Made by a program: the position numbers and the translations under genes. A stretch of DNA of 62,973 bases, counting the filler, from Sphaeroforma arctica JP610 (lineage: Eukaryota): assembly GCF_001186125.1 (NCBI RefSeq). It is 6 parts of 2 records of this genome, joined end to end, with 100 filler letters (N's around TTAATTAATTAA, not from the genome) between each part and the next. Parts side by side here need not be neighbours in the genome. Positions count along the whole stretch, not along the records: positions 40,671 to 58,861 come from NW_014040547.1; positions 58,962 to 62,973 come from NW_014040547.1; 4 more parts are not named here. One strand, 5' to 3'. The notes beneath the pieces are model-generated. The model saw nothing but the letters and a program-made list of their open reading frames with translations. It had not been told where the DNA came from and made no database searches. Every line of letters starts with the position of its first letter. Within the stretch, counting starts at the first letter, position 1. This document shows, one piece after another, positions 51,736-62,973 of this stretch.

Positions 51736-53599
51736 TAACTTCTATAGGATTATCTTGGATAGAAAATCCCGGATACGTTGCTGGAAGATGTAGAGAATGC
51801 GTGCACTCAGGCACTGACATTGAGCTACGGAAACCACCCAGAGCTCAAGAGTTTGATACGGAGTACAGAAATATTGGATTTTTTGTCTAAAGTCTCAATT
51901 TCCTGGAGGAGGCACCAGCTCTTGTTCACCAAAATACGCGGGTCTATGTAGCCGACATCGCAAACGTGATGAACACGATTGAAAGGGTTGTTGCGGTCAC
52001 AGACTTTACTCTCTTGACTCAAGCCATAAAGTCGGAGACCATGGCCTGGTTTTAAGAAAAACCAAACTCAGTAATGACTCCAAAGAACCATTCTTTCGGG
52101 GAAGTATCGTTCGACAAGCGGGGCTCGATTAAGTGCCATGAACTTTGGTCAACAAAGTCCATCAAGCGGTCCAGATGAGGAGTACTGTCATGGCTTATAA
52201 AAGCTTGGTGACAGTATAGTCAATATTCAAAGTAGGTGGTTCTAGATCTACAAAAGATCGAGTTGAAAGTTATTGAACGAAGCATCTAACACAAAAACAG
52301 CAAACAATGTGAAAGAAAACATTAAAAGTACGATCGCACCTATAAGTGAAGCCACGGACAAAGGTTGCAAGAGGTCTGAACAAAGTATTAGAGAGAATAT
52401 AAAGACTGTTGAAATAACAAGTACTAAACTCAAAAGAAAAACCTTCTACTGCAGCTGACACCGACATCATTATAATAGTAAAATTTGCTTCAAAAGGCAA
52501 GGGGCGAGCACAAGGTGACATAGATATAGCGGCTTTATTCGGACTCTCAGTTCTCGGCGGCCGTACATTAATTGCCCGTAAGTATTACCGTATGTTGCGC
52601 GATATAACCTCTACTATCTCGAAAGTAAATCAACTAGGGGAGAAGGTAGTAACGGTTGGATACTAAATGTTAATGATTATGCAACTGATATAGTATTTTC
52701 TAGAATATTCTACTTCTTTGGAAGTACATCGCCTGCTACACAAACTGTAAACATCGTATACAAGAGTGAAGAAAAGTTTAATTTACCGTATAGAACACCA
52801 CTACCCATCACGAAAAACCAGCACAAAGTTAAAGGTGTACAATCGCAAAACGATGGTCATGCACATGCGTTACAATAAAATATTGACTACATGGCGTGAC
52901 AATGAAAACAAAGACATCAGTATAAATGATACTAGTGTAGTTGCAGCCTTAAATTGGCATTGGAGAAAAATAACTGTTGGATTTAGTGTATTGGATAGGT
53001 GGTTGACTGGCAAAAGAACTTACCAGAAGACGTGGCAATATTGAAGCATATGAAACAAACGCAAGTGTAAACGCACAAGGGCACCAAGCAAGAAGAACCG
53101 ACAAGGAAATGATACAACTGGGCTTGGTATTAAAGCGACTTAGCGGCCAGTAAGTAATCGTATTGCAACTTCGGATGACATCGACTGGTCAGCAAAGAAG
53201 CTCAGAGTTTTAGATTAACATACACTAGTCGTAGAATAAATTTCATTCAGACATTCATGTGTAATATGCGATTTTTTATTTACAACTATATTCTATGTAT
53301 TTTGTAGGATCCTATCCAAACTGTGCACACATCTTATAGCTTGCGATACTTTTGAACACTCGTATTGTACCACACACTTCTACAGTACACTGTTTTTGTT
53401 TATGTGCTGTTTATCGTTTCTACTTAGGCGGCAGTGTATTAGAAGTATCTACATGTTTAGTGTTGGTGTCTGCGTTATCTAAAATAGGTGCAAAGCTACG
53501 CGGTGTTGGTGTGGGCTCGGAAGCACTTCAGGGGCTGTCCAAATTATAGACGGGGTAGAAGGCAGGCGAACTATTGCAGGTTGTCGAATCGTGCAATCA

Positions 53600-54563
53600 G
53601 CCGTTTTGTCCACTGCTGTGTTCACACCGGTCTCTGGCTCGTTTAGTTTGGAAGTAGCTATCGCATCTATTACACTGCTTGCAATTGGTAATGTTACACG
53701 TCTTAGGATCTATCGCAGATTTCCCCTTGCTGCATTCCTTTTTACATTTTCTAAAAGTGTAGCGTAACGAACACCCCAATCATTTCCTACGTCTGCCAAC
53801 AAGCGCGTTAGAGCCTTATTGACTGATACTTTGTCTGCTGTGTTTACACTTTACATGTACCAATCACAACACTGTTGCACCGTGTTCTAACTAAGCCCAT
53901 AAACTATTATCCTTGTTGCGATAATTCCTTTTACAATAACGAGTGACCAATTCAGCATATAATACAGAATCTACCTCTACATGTACTAGTGCAGGATATG
54001 TACATCTTATATGACAGCAGTGCCTGACACAAGCTCTTGTACTGCTTTTACAACAACATCTTGCCGGGTGCCTGCTCGTTATAGGCATGTACTGTAACTT
54101 TACCTGGGGCCGGTTGACTTTCGGCAGTATTTATTAATATTGCCATTTTGATACCCCATATTGAATCTCTGAAGGATATAATCGTTGTGGAAGCTAGCTG
54201 TTTATGGCACCTTGATCGGAAGTATTTTTGTCTGCGTGCAAAATGCCAACCCATCATCATCGAAAACAGCATCCTAGATCTCTGATGTGCCATGCGTTAA
54301 TATTTTCTTCGCCATTGCATCCTGTTGAATATATATATATATATATANNNNNNNNNNNNNNNNNNNNNNNNNNNNNNNNNNNNNNNNNNNNNNNNNNNNN
54401 NNNNNNNNNNNNNNNNNNNNNNNNNNNNNNNNNNNNNNNNNNNNNNNNNNNNNNNNNNNNNNNNNNNNNNNNNNNNNNNNNNNNNNNNNNNNNNNNNNNN
54501 NNNNNNNNNNNNNNNNNNNNNNNNNNNNNNNNNNNNNNNNNNNNNNNNTACATATATATATAT

Positions 54564-54659
<96 letters not shown>

Positions 54660-55900
54660 CTAGGTGATCACTTCTAAATGATGTATATGTAAATTAAAAA
54701 ATTGATATTGAAACTGTAATATAATGGGGGGATTGATATACCTTTCTAGCAGCGCTGTTGTCAAGACAACAATCCCTAGGCACTTTGACGAAGGCCACCG
54801 CGCTATTCTTTATACATTTCGTGCCCTTCTGTGACACGTCGTCCCAACAGCATAGGCGTGACTTTCAATATGTCTAGTGGCCGAGTTATATTTTTTATAA
54901 AAATAATCGAGATGGGGATATATCCCGCGACAAAAGAAACATGAGCATCAAGCACCGATTTTCCGCACTAAGCTTCGGTGAATAGCCAGCAAGAGATACG
55001 TAGATCGTCGTCCATACTCTACAGCTTCCGGTTAATTTTGGAAGCGCTCGAGAAATTATCTACGGCAGAAAATGCCGGTGCATTATTGTCGCTCAATACT
55101 ATAGCTTTCTTTTTTAATTGTATTTCACAAGTCTCGAGCGATTGCAGTGTTGTTTGTACTATCTCGGTGTTTAGGTTGTGGTTTTGCATGACCATATCGA
55201 GATATCTTGTCTGTATTGGATCGCCAGACATATCTGTATATATTATGGCTGCTCCCAGTAGACTGTATCCTCGCTAACCATAATATTTGATTATTTCTTT
55301 TAGGTACCGCTGAGACAGAGTTTTCTGTGTATGATCAATACTGATCAATAGTGATTCCTCATCCAATTCCACCAGTATTCGCTCGATTACGATATGCAAA
55401 TCGGTTTGAAACCTAAAAGATCTGCTTGTCTATGAATTATCTTCAACACCGGCAGAATATGAGTCAGCTCGGAATAGTCCATGTCGTGACCTAGATCAGG
55501 TGCACTATCTAGAAGGGGAAGAGGTGAGCTTTCATTTAGAAAGTCAACGAATTGTTTCTTCTCGCCGCTACTATCCAACCCAGGGATATTGGTCGGGAAA
55601 GCTCCAATTGTACTAGCTTATAGTTGTATAGCTTGTACATCAGAACCCAGTCTATGCGCTTTCCGTTTGAGGTTTTCTCGTACGGACGCTTCTATTTGAG
55701 GCACCATTGTTACAATTCTCACACAAAGCATGGTCTTCGTGGGTACACTTCGAACCCCCCATGGTACACTAGGTACAATAGAAATAATCTCCATCGCATT
55801 CACTAGCATCGTTGTAGTTGCAATATTTAGCATGATCATGTGTATGAAAGCTCTCTAGTTATTTCACCTTGCAAATGTCGAGCAAAATTTCATCTGTTAC
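53600..55900 (-). mobile_element. Decayed Cys-rich element, possibly a KDZ-like transposase
   Basis: Minus-strand fragments in order: YFYCT*CTMGGSKCTH..CENC (~55750), RGG..KCLGIVV (~54790), SFH (~54190), VHAYNEQ (~54085), interrupted by a gap and a (TA)n tract. Weak motif-level evidence only. Confidence 0.25.
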
Positions 55901-56369
55901 ATGAACATGGTATAATGATAGGATAGGCTCGCCTGCTGTTGTGCCGGGTTTGTCAGAGTGAAAAAAAGTACGATCAATTTATTTATACGTACTATCAGAT
56001 TTGCTCATTGTATCGTTTCACTGCCACGAATCCTCACAATATTTGTAGGTGTTCTATTTTTTTTTGGCGGTCAGATAGGAGGTCCAGCTGAGATAGTATA
56101 CGTCCACGACCTGAGGGCGTTATGATCCCTAGGTTATTTCCCCCGTCCACCATCGGACGATGTACATGGTAAATCACTCGACTCGAGTCTTTTACGTTTC
56201 TTTGCTGTACGAAGATGTATATTTGGAATCTGCGAGCCAAAAATTTGATCGGATAGTTCTCAAATCACTCTCTTGTTAAATTTTGTCATCATGTACGGTA
56301 TATCCTGGCTAGCCTACAGTCTGCAAAGGATCTACTTCGAAGACAATCAACTATGAATCCTGCTCGCGA

Positions 56370-57045
56370 AAGGCCGCAAGTTCACTGCAGCCTGCCTCGC
56401 CTCCTTCCATGCAGTTATGAGTGCTATATCGAGTACGGGGTTGCTGGTAACCTCAAAGCCGGAACACCGCCTGCACTACTTCGCCGACGCCTGTCAGATA
56501 GGACTAGGCTCAGCGCTCTTCGAGCGCATCCCCCGACCAGACGACAAGCCCACCGCCTTTCCTCCAAACTGGAAGCAGCCTCACACTCGGAAAACGATTG
56601 ACGCCTACGAAGGACGCCGAACTGCAGTACTTGCGGAATGTCGAAATTAACGAGGACATGCTTCTCTTGGCCCAATCCGACAGACAGCTTACTGAAGCGA
56701 TTGCCCTCAGTAAGGAAATCACGGCGCGTACGCCTCGCCCTAACGACTCCTCCCCCTACCCGTCTCCCCTCCACAGAAGCAAACGCAACCAACAGTAGCC
56801 CAACTCTCACCCCACAAAAAGCGCCATGTCGATTCCTCTGTTTACCTGGCATACCGAGGGATGCTGCTTCGAAAAACGATTGACGCCTACATCCAGGTTG
56901 AGAAGGACGCCGAACTGCAGTACTTGCAGAGTGTCGAAATTAACGAGAACATGCTTCTCTTGTCTCAATCCGACAGACAGCTTACTGAGGCGATTGCCTT
57001 CAGTAAGGAAATCACGGCGCGTACGCCTCACAAACCGTCGTATTA
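56370..57045 (+). mobile_element. Ty3/Gypsy pol fragment (RT connection + RNase H N-terminus) with internal ~160-bp duplication
   Basis: LLAKGRKFTAACLASFHAVMSAISSTGLLVTSKPEHRLHYFADACQIGLGSALFERIP. The segment 56591-56736 is repeated at 56871-57030. Same family as 15420-16140. Confidence 0.75.
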
Positions 57046-57129
57046 AGTTTCATCGAGCCGACCACGCCCAACCTAGCAGTGATCCCCCTCACGATGGCCG
57101 AACTCTCAGCGTACCTCGCCACACATACC

Positions 57130-57500
57130 TCTACAGGTTTCCAATCCAGGCCAACCAGCAAATACCGAGTGCATCACCGAACTATGATGGATAACCAATA
57201 CTATTGTCCCTACTCGGTATTTCGTACCTTGCACTAACCCATTCCACGGCATTGCACGGTGAAGACCCGATCCGAACCACAGAGGTGGACAAGTTACTTA
57301 ATAGGTCAGCAAGCGAATACGTGGCACACTCGATGGTGTCAGGTTTTTCATCAGAACGACCCAGCGCATATCCTCCATCGTCGACTCACGTGGCCCAAGC
57401 TTCAAACGGAAATTTGCTGACCACTTCTTCCCATCGATCTTTCCCGACCCACTACAACGGCCATGAGAACCATACCATATGTACATACATTGTAACCGAC
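57130..57500 (-). mobile_element. Copy of the dispersed repeat family
   Basis: Homologous to 42560-42760 and 58620-58860. Confidence 0.7.
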
Positions 57501-57883
57501 AGAAGTACTCTCATTTGTATAAAATACAATTTTAAAACTTCATTTAAACGATGAAAACAAAACAGTCAAAATCGCTGTTAGTACGTTGTTGGAAAACCGT
57601 TTGTGTAGTATTCCTCATAGTATCTGACATGTATGAACGTAATGGTATACGTTAAACTTCTATATGTATACTCTCCTTTAAAATAAATAACATTATCCCT
57701 ATACAGTCAAAGGAGTGACGCTGGAGACAGAACGTATCTTGCGCTGCCTTTGGACAGTCCGCGAAGGTGCGCCTGCCGGCTTACCATGGCATATCCCTCA
57801 TAACCCACACGTGCCCTCTATTTGGGTGAAATACGACACATAGACGACTATAAGATCTTTAAAAAGACTAGCAGAGGCTCTGC

Positions 57884-58620
57884 CTATGTCGAAATGTCGA
57901 ACCTCCCTCCGCCACAGAGATTCATCCAGTGGTGCTTCGTAGCTCGATGTACAAGCCGAATAATCTCCAAATTTACAGGTCGGTCTCTGAGCTCAGGCAG
58001 CTTGCTGCCATCTCTTGCTCGTAGATGGTAACTATGATTTTCCCTACTATGAATCACGTATGGACCAAGCAATGGTTTCATGGCTTTGGTTGTCGCTCCC
58101 TGTGCGAGTAAAATGACGACGTCCCCCGCCTTAAATTCAATCAAATCAAATTTACGCAACTGATCCGTAGCCTCGGCCATGGCATCAGTATATTTAATTG
58201 TTTTCTGACGAAGTTTTGGTAGGATAGTCTTCTCTAAATCATCTAATCTCTTCAACCAGGCATCGCTCGTGGTAGGAATATGACCAGGTAAGTCATTAGT
58301 CATGTTTGCAAACGGGACATACCGTCGACCAAAATAAACACTGAATGGTGCTGACTTGTGACGTCGTGATATCCGAAGGTTCTGGTATAACATAGTAAAC
58401 GGTAAACGTTCATCCCACAACTCCGAAAAACCAACACATAATGCGCACACACATTTGTGGATTTCTTTATGTCGGCGCTCCGCCGCCCCCAACGTCTTGT
58501 GTATAATGCCCAATGCCCGTGTAATGGATTTGACAATACTGTTGACAAATTCGGTACCCTCGTCACTCTGAATCTTACGAGGAAATCCATGCTCACCAAA
58601 CACTGACACTAACTCTGACT
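57884..58620 (-). mobile_element. Ty3/Gypsy integrase fragment (rve core + GPY/F)
   Basis: Open ORF: VFGEHGFPRKIQSDEGTEFVN..GAAERRHKEI..WDERLPF..N..SRRHKSAPFSVYFGR..FKAGDVV..GPY. 5'-truncated at a copy of the dispersed repeat (58620-58860). Confidence 0.9.
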
Positions 58621-58961
58621 TCCGATCCAGGCCAGCCAACACATACCGAATTCATTCGTGGTCTGGTGCGGCATTGGCTTACCCCCATCCCCGCTTCTCG
58701 ACCGGATTATGACGGATAACCTGGTCCTTCTCGGTATTTTGTACTCTGCACTAACCCATTCCGCGGCACTACACGGCGCAGATCCGATCCGTACCACAGA
58801 GGTGGGTACTCTACTTAGTAGGTCAGCAAGCAAATATATGGAACATTCGATAGTAACAGTGNNNNNNNNNNNNNNNNNNNNNNNNNNNNNNNNNNNNNNN
58901 NNNNNTTAATTAATTAANNNNNNNNNNNNNNNNNNNNNNNNNNNNNNNNNNNNNNNNNNNN

Positions 58962-59450
58962 TGGCTGGATTGGAACCGGTTTGGGAGCTTGGATCTGTGT
59001 GTCGTCGACAAATAAATAAGAGCGGAGGAGCTTGGGCCGCAATTGTGCTAGCGTGACGCTAAGGAATTTATGTAGGTGATAAAGAGCTATGGGCCAACGC
59101 TTGAGCCTTGTAGGATGCTATTCGTTCTATGGAATAAGTGCAAGACCGTGCAGCGGTATGTCACAACTAGGGCAGGGACCCTCTCAAATAGTGCGCGGAG
59201 GCAATTGATCTGAGTTTCGTGCATTCCAGCGTGGCGCAGGAGTACCCACAGACGCGGGAGAGCAACCTTGTAGTATGCCTTGGTAACATGTCTCTGACTA
59301 TTTGCGTTACCGTGATAGGGCGGCGGGGGTGGTGATATTGGCATCGGCCATCTTCGGGTGCGTGTGCTGTAAGGAGGATGTAGCTTCTTCAATATCTCAG
59401 TGAATGCTTCGACAAGGAGTCTAACCAGTGGGCTAATGGCGTCAGACCTG
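58962..59450 (-). mobile_element. Non-LTR (LINE-type) reverse transcriptase fragment
   Basis: KAYYKVALPRLWVLLRHAG (KAYD box), ILQGSSVGP*LFITYIN (QG..LSP box), LFVDD (YADD box at ~59000). Confidence 0.8.
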
Positions 59451-60897
59451 TCCTTATGTACTGATTATCTATATCTTTTAGTCGATATAAATCAGCATTA
59501 TTCTATTAGCACGCATGCCATTCTAAAATAGAAGCAAAACCGCAACATAAAATTGAGACCAGGTAATGGAATCTATTGTTGTTTTGTTTATCAACGCTAA
59601 TTTGAAAAATAGTCGATTATAAACACGACAAACTTGGCCGAACAACTCGGGAACTGAATAATTTTACCTTCATGTCTTAAGTAATGTCCCAGGTCAACTT
59701 TGTCTCGATACTGCACAAATTAGACCTCGCGACGAAGTTATGTGAATAGTTGGCATTTTTATCACGATTTATTCAAAATTGCGGGTATTTTTAGAGTTAA
59801 AACAAGACCACTTCAAATTGAGCATATGTATACATCATTGAATGCTTTAGATTCACCCAGAATGAATACATTTAAGTACGGTTGTTGCACTATTACACAA
59901 TGTTTGTTTAACGTTGTGGAATGGTGCAAAAAACCCCCCCCGACTAACGTAATAGTATAATATCTTTGTGAACATTTAATTGCCGATCTCTAAATACTGC
60001 TGATAAGCTACCATAAAAAATCAGCCGCAACCAGGAGATTGTCAATCTTATGGATGAAAGCATGCTACAAGACAATGTTCTATTGGGAATCAGGCTACCA
60101 AATATGTTTTAGTGAAAACCAATTATGAAACATATCAGTCAATTTCAGGGGTAAACAAAATATTTTCAGATTGGGTTCTAAACTTCTCTCGTCAGGATCT
60201 AGGTATTTGACATCAAATGTAGCTGATAGCAGCTGAATTTTTAGTAGACTTTATGTAAATAGCGAATTCACAATAGACAGTCGTGAGCAATACACAAATC
60301 AGTGATCTTTTTGAATATATCACTCTGTGCACACTGCAGTCTGCACAGGGATAATATTATTTATTTCAAAGGAGATAAGATACAATGTATGTATATATGG
60401 TATGGCTCTCATAACCGTTGTAGTGGTTCGGGGAAGATCGATGGGAAGTAGTGGACAGCAAATTCCCGTTTGAAGCTTGGGCCAAGTGAACTTTGAAGTG
60501 TTGATTTTTTTCGTAGCATTCTCAAACCTCTGCTGAAAAAAAACCCAGGACAATTCTTTGTCTTTTTGGTGGAATATTTTTGGAATTTGTTAAACACTGT
60601 CCCAAAAAGGAAATCATCGTGAGTCTGGGGAAATCACGGACTCACGGCTCGTGACGAGTCACTGACGACGGTGACGATCTGTAATTTTTTGGGGGAAATA
60701 AACTAATGCTTTATTAATGATCCGGGTTTACGAGACACGACCCGAACCGTGTGATAAATATAATTTACTAGTATATACACAAGAATCTGTGATATCCTTC
60801 AGCTTATCACAACGAGGTAGCCTGCGCGATTAGCACGCTTCAATCACCAGGTACACTAACCATGAACTCCAGTATCTAATCTGGACAACTTTCGCAG

Positions 60898-62650
60898 ATG
60901 CAGGTACGTGGTGCGTCAAACTTAATTAGTAGCTGTACAACAATTTATGTGTATTTATCTGAACTTACTCAAGAAATATGTACTATACGATCTCAAAGAG
61001 ACTTACGTTTAGTACAATGGTTGCCTGTACCCCCCCTCAAAATATGATAAGTCACGGAGTGTATATGATATGTTGTATATGTGGAATCGTGTACGCATAT
61101 GTGATATGTTACCTTTCGTTTCTGTAGTGTACATGAATTTAATGGCATCGGCGCACTCCTCCGTGTTCGTCTACCGAATGGGTTTTACTAAGAACAGTTT
61201 GACAAACAATCGAGAATTCATGTGCGTGATAAAAGTCCCGAAAGTACATTCGCGTGCACCTTTGTGTTAACAATATAAACAACGATCACTGCTATATATT
61301 TACCTTCATAAGCAGATCTTCATACGATTCTATACTTACATTTCGGACACACATGGAATATATAACCAATAGGGGCCAGGCAATGGGGCAGGGATGGGGC
61401 AACCGCCCCTGGGAATGCCTGGGGGCATGCGAGTACCTTTGCCTCCCGGTGGTGTAATGAGCGCGATTCCCATGGGCAACATTCGAGCTGGAATGCCTGG
61501 CTTAGATGCTGATAATGTACGCCAGGGCGTTATCTTTGTCGGTGGTCTTCCTTCCAAGGTGATTCTAGATATTATTTATCTGTTGTATCGATCTCAGGTG
61601 TCTGTTGTAGCTCTTGTTAATGTGTAGATTTTCATAGGCACCAACAGTGATGGATCGCCAGAGTGCAAAATATGGTTATCAAGTTTGAAGTAATAATATT
61701 CCATATTTCTAAACAAATGCATCGTATGCCAGACAGATTTGAGAACTTATTTTCGTCGTTGGGTCTTTTTATTGAGTATACAACATTATAATCTAGCTTC
61801 GTGCCAATAGTCTTACATATTTACTATTATCTGAAATAGGTCTAGACTTATTCATAGTTGGCTATTGTAGTCGCACAATCTGAGATAGTGGGGTCTATAT
61901 TCGTTTTCATACAACTCATACTGATCATCTCTAGATGACAACATACAAAGGATGAAATCGAGAACTCATCAACCCTGCTAGCTAACTATCAATGAAGTGT
62001 GAATTATTACTTTCCAAGATTGTTTTGGTTTAACTCAAATATATCACTGTTTTTGCGGAATGCAACATTCCAGATCACGGAAGGGGACCTAGCAACCTTC
62101 TTCAGCAACTGGGGCCATGTAGTCGAAACGAAAATTATTGCCGATCGCGAGACTGGGAAACCAAAAGGGTGAGTTCAGCCATTTCTGTATATCTGCAATC
62201 AATCGCTGTACAATGGTGGGTACCTGTTGATTGCGAATAATTGTCGAGTGCATGAATTATGCTAGACAGTGATATACAGTAGTACCAATTGAGGCAAGAC
62301 TCAACACCGAATTGCATACAAATCCCGGTGTTAAATCGTCTCCATGTGAAATATCCTGGAGGTGTGGTCTTCAGTACGTGAGTATAGTCGTACTTCTAAT
62401 GTACGACCTCACGTTTTCCTCCTCAGATATGGTTTTGTGACCTTTGCGGACCATTCCGTGGCTGTGAGTCTCAAGCAACAAGGTTCCGTCACGTACCAGG
62501 GAAGGCCCATGAACATAGGCAATGCTGTGCGCAAGCACCAGCCGTTCCATGGGCAGTCAGGGGGTGCGTCTGGCAGGGGAAGGGGCCGAGGCGGCTATGC
62601 GTATGGACGCCGCAATAGCCAAAGAGAGAGCATTCCAGCCTTTTATGGAG
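60898..62650 (+). CDS. Single-RRM RNA-binding protein, Boule/DAZ-like; continues beyond the last identified exon
   Basis: Exons 60898-60903 (ATG CAG, tentative), 61373-61558, 62074-62168, 62427-62650. RRM: IFVGGLPSKITEGDLATFFSNWGHVVETKIIADRETGKPKGYGFVTFADHSVAVSLKQQGSVTYQGRPMNIGNAVRKHQ, followed by an RG-rich stretch. Confidence 0.88.
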
Positions 62651-62973
62651 GTATGTGTGTGGAATCGTACGGCCGTTGGCATTGTTTAATAGACGACTTT
62701 ATATCTTCTTACACTCGCATATCTGCATATGTGTTGCATGTGTGGCCAGATTGTATTCGAGACGAATATACGATTAGTACGCTTCATATGAAATTTTAGT
62801 ACTCTTCAAATTTGTAATTGAAATACGATACGAGTTTGTATATATGTAAGGATTACACGTATTTTATATATATCTAGACAGTCTTTTGTTGCCGAATGTG
62901 TGCAAGTCTATTTTTCGTTATGTGATAGATATTGCAATTTAAATTCAAAACCTCATGAGCGAAAACCATCTAC

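Overview
Intron-rich eukaryotic scaffold with N gaps and artificial TTAATTAATTAA linkers. The gene content suggests a holozoan or other opisthokont, possibly an ichthyosporean such as Sphaeroforma, but the organism cannot be fixed from this window. Six spliced host genes were reconstructed by hand from GT/AG boundaries and reading-frame continuity: nicastrin (+, 5'-truncated, 11 exons, 1-10206), a Dicer/RIG-I-type SF2 helicase with a long low-complexity tail (+, 21748-26551, 5' end missing), a HemW/RSAD1-like radical SAM protein (-, 32154-28426, 3' end missing), ribosomal protein S27 (+, 34797-35757), a signal-peptide/TM/SPRY protein (-, 38826-36448) and a Boule/DAZ-like RRM protein (+, from 60898). 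The intervals 10.3-21.6 kb and 39.6-60.5 kb are mostly decayed, nested transposon sequence. The most striking feature is a decayed Ty3/Gypsy retrotransposon (-, ~43.5-48.6 kb). It carries a DIRS-type N6-adenine (Dam-like) methyltransferase in frame after RNase H, followed by a DDE integrase and a chromodomain-like tail. Several introns also contain degenerate copies of the preceding exon's 3' end and splice donor. All family assignments come from motif recognition by eye; no searches were run.
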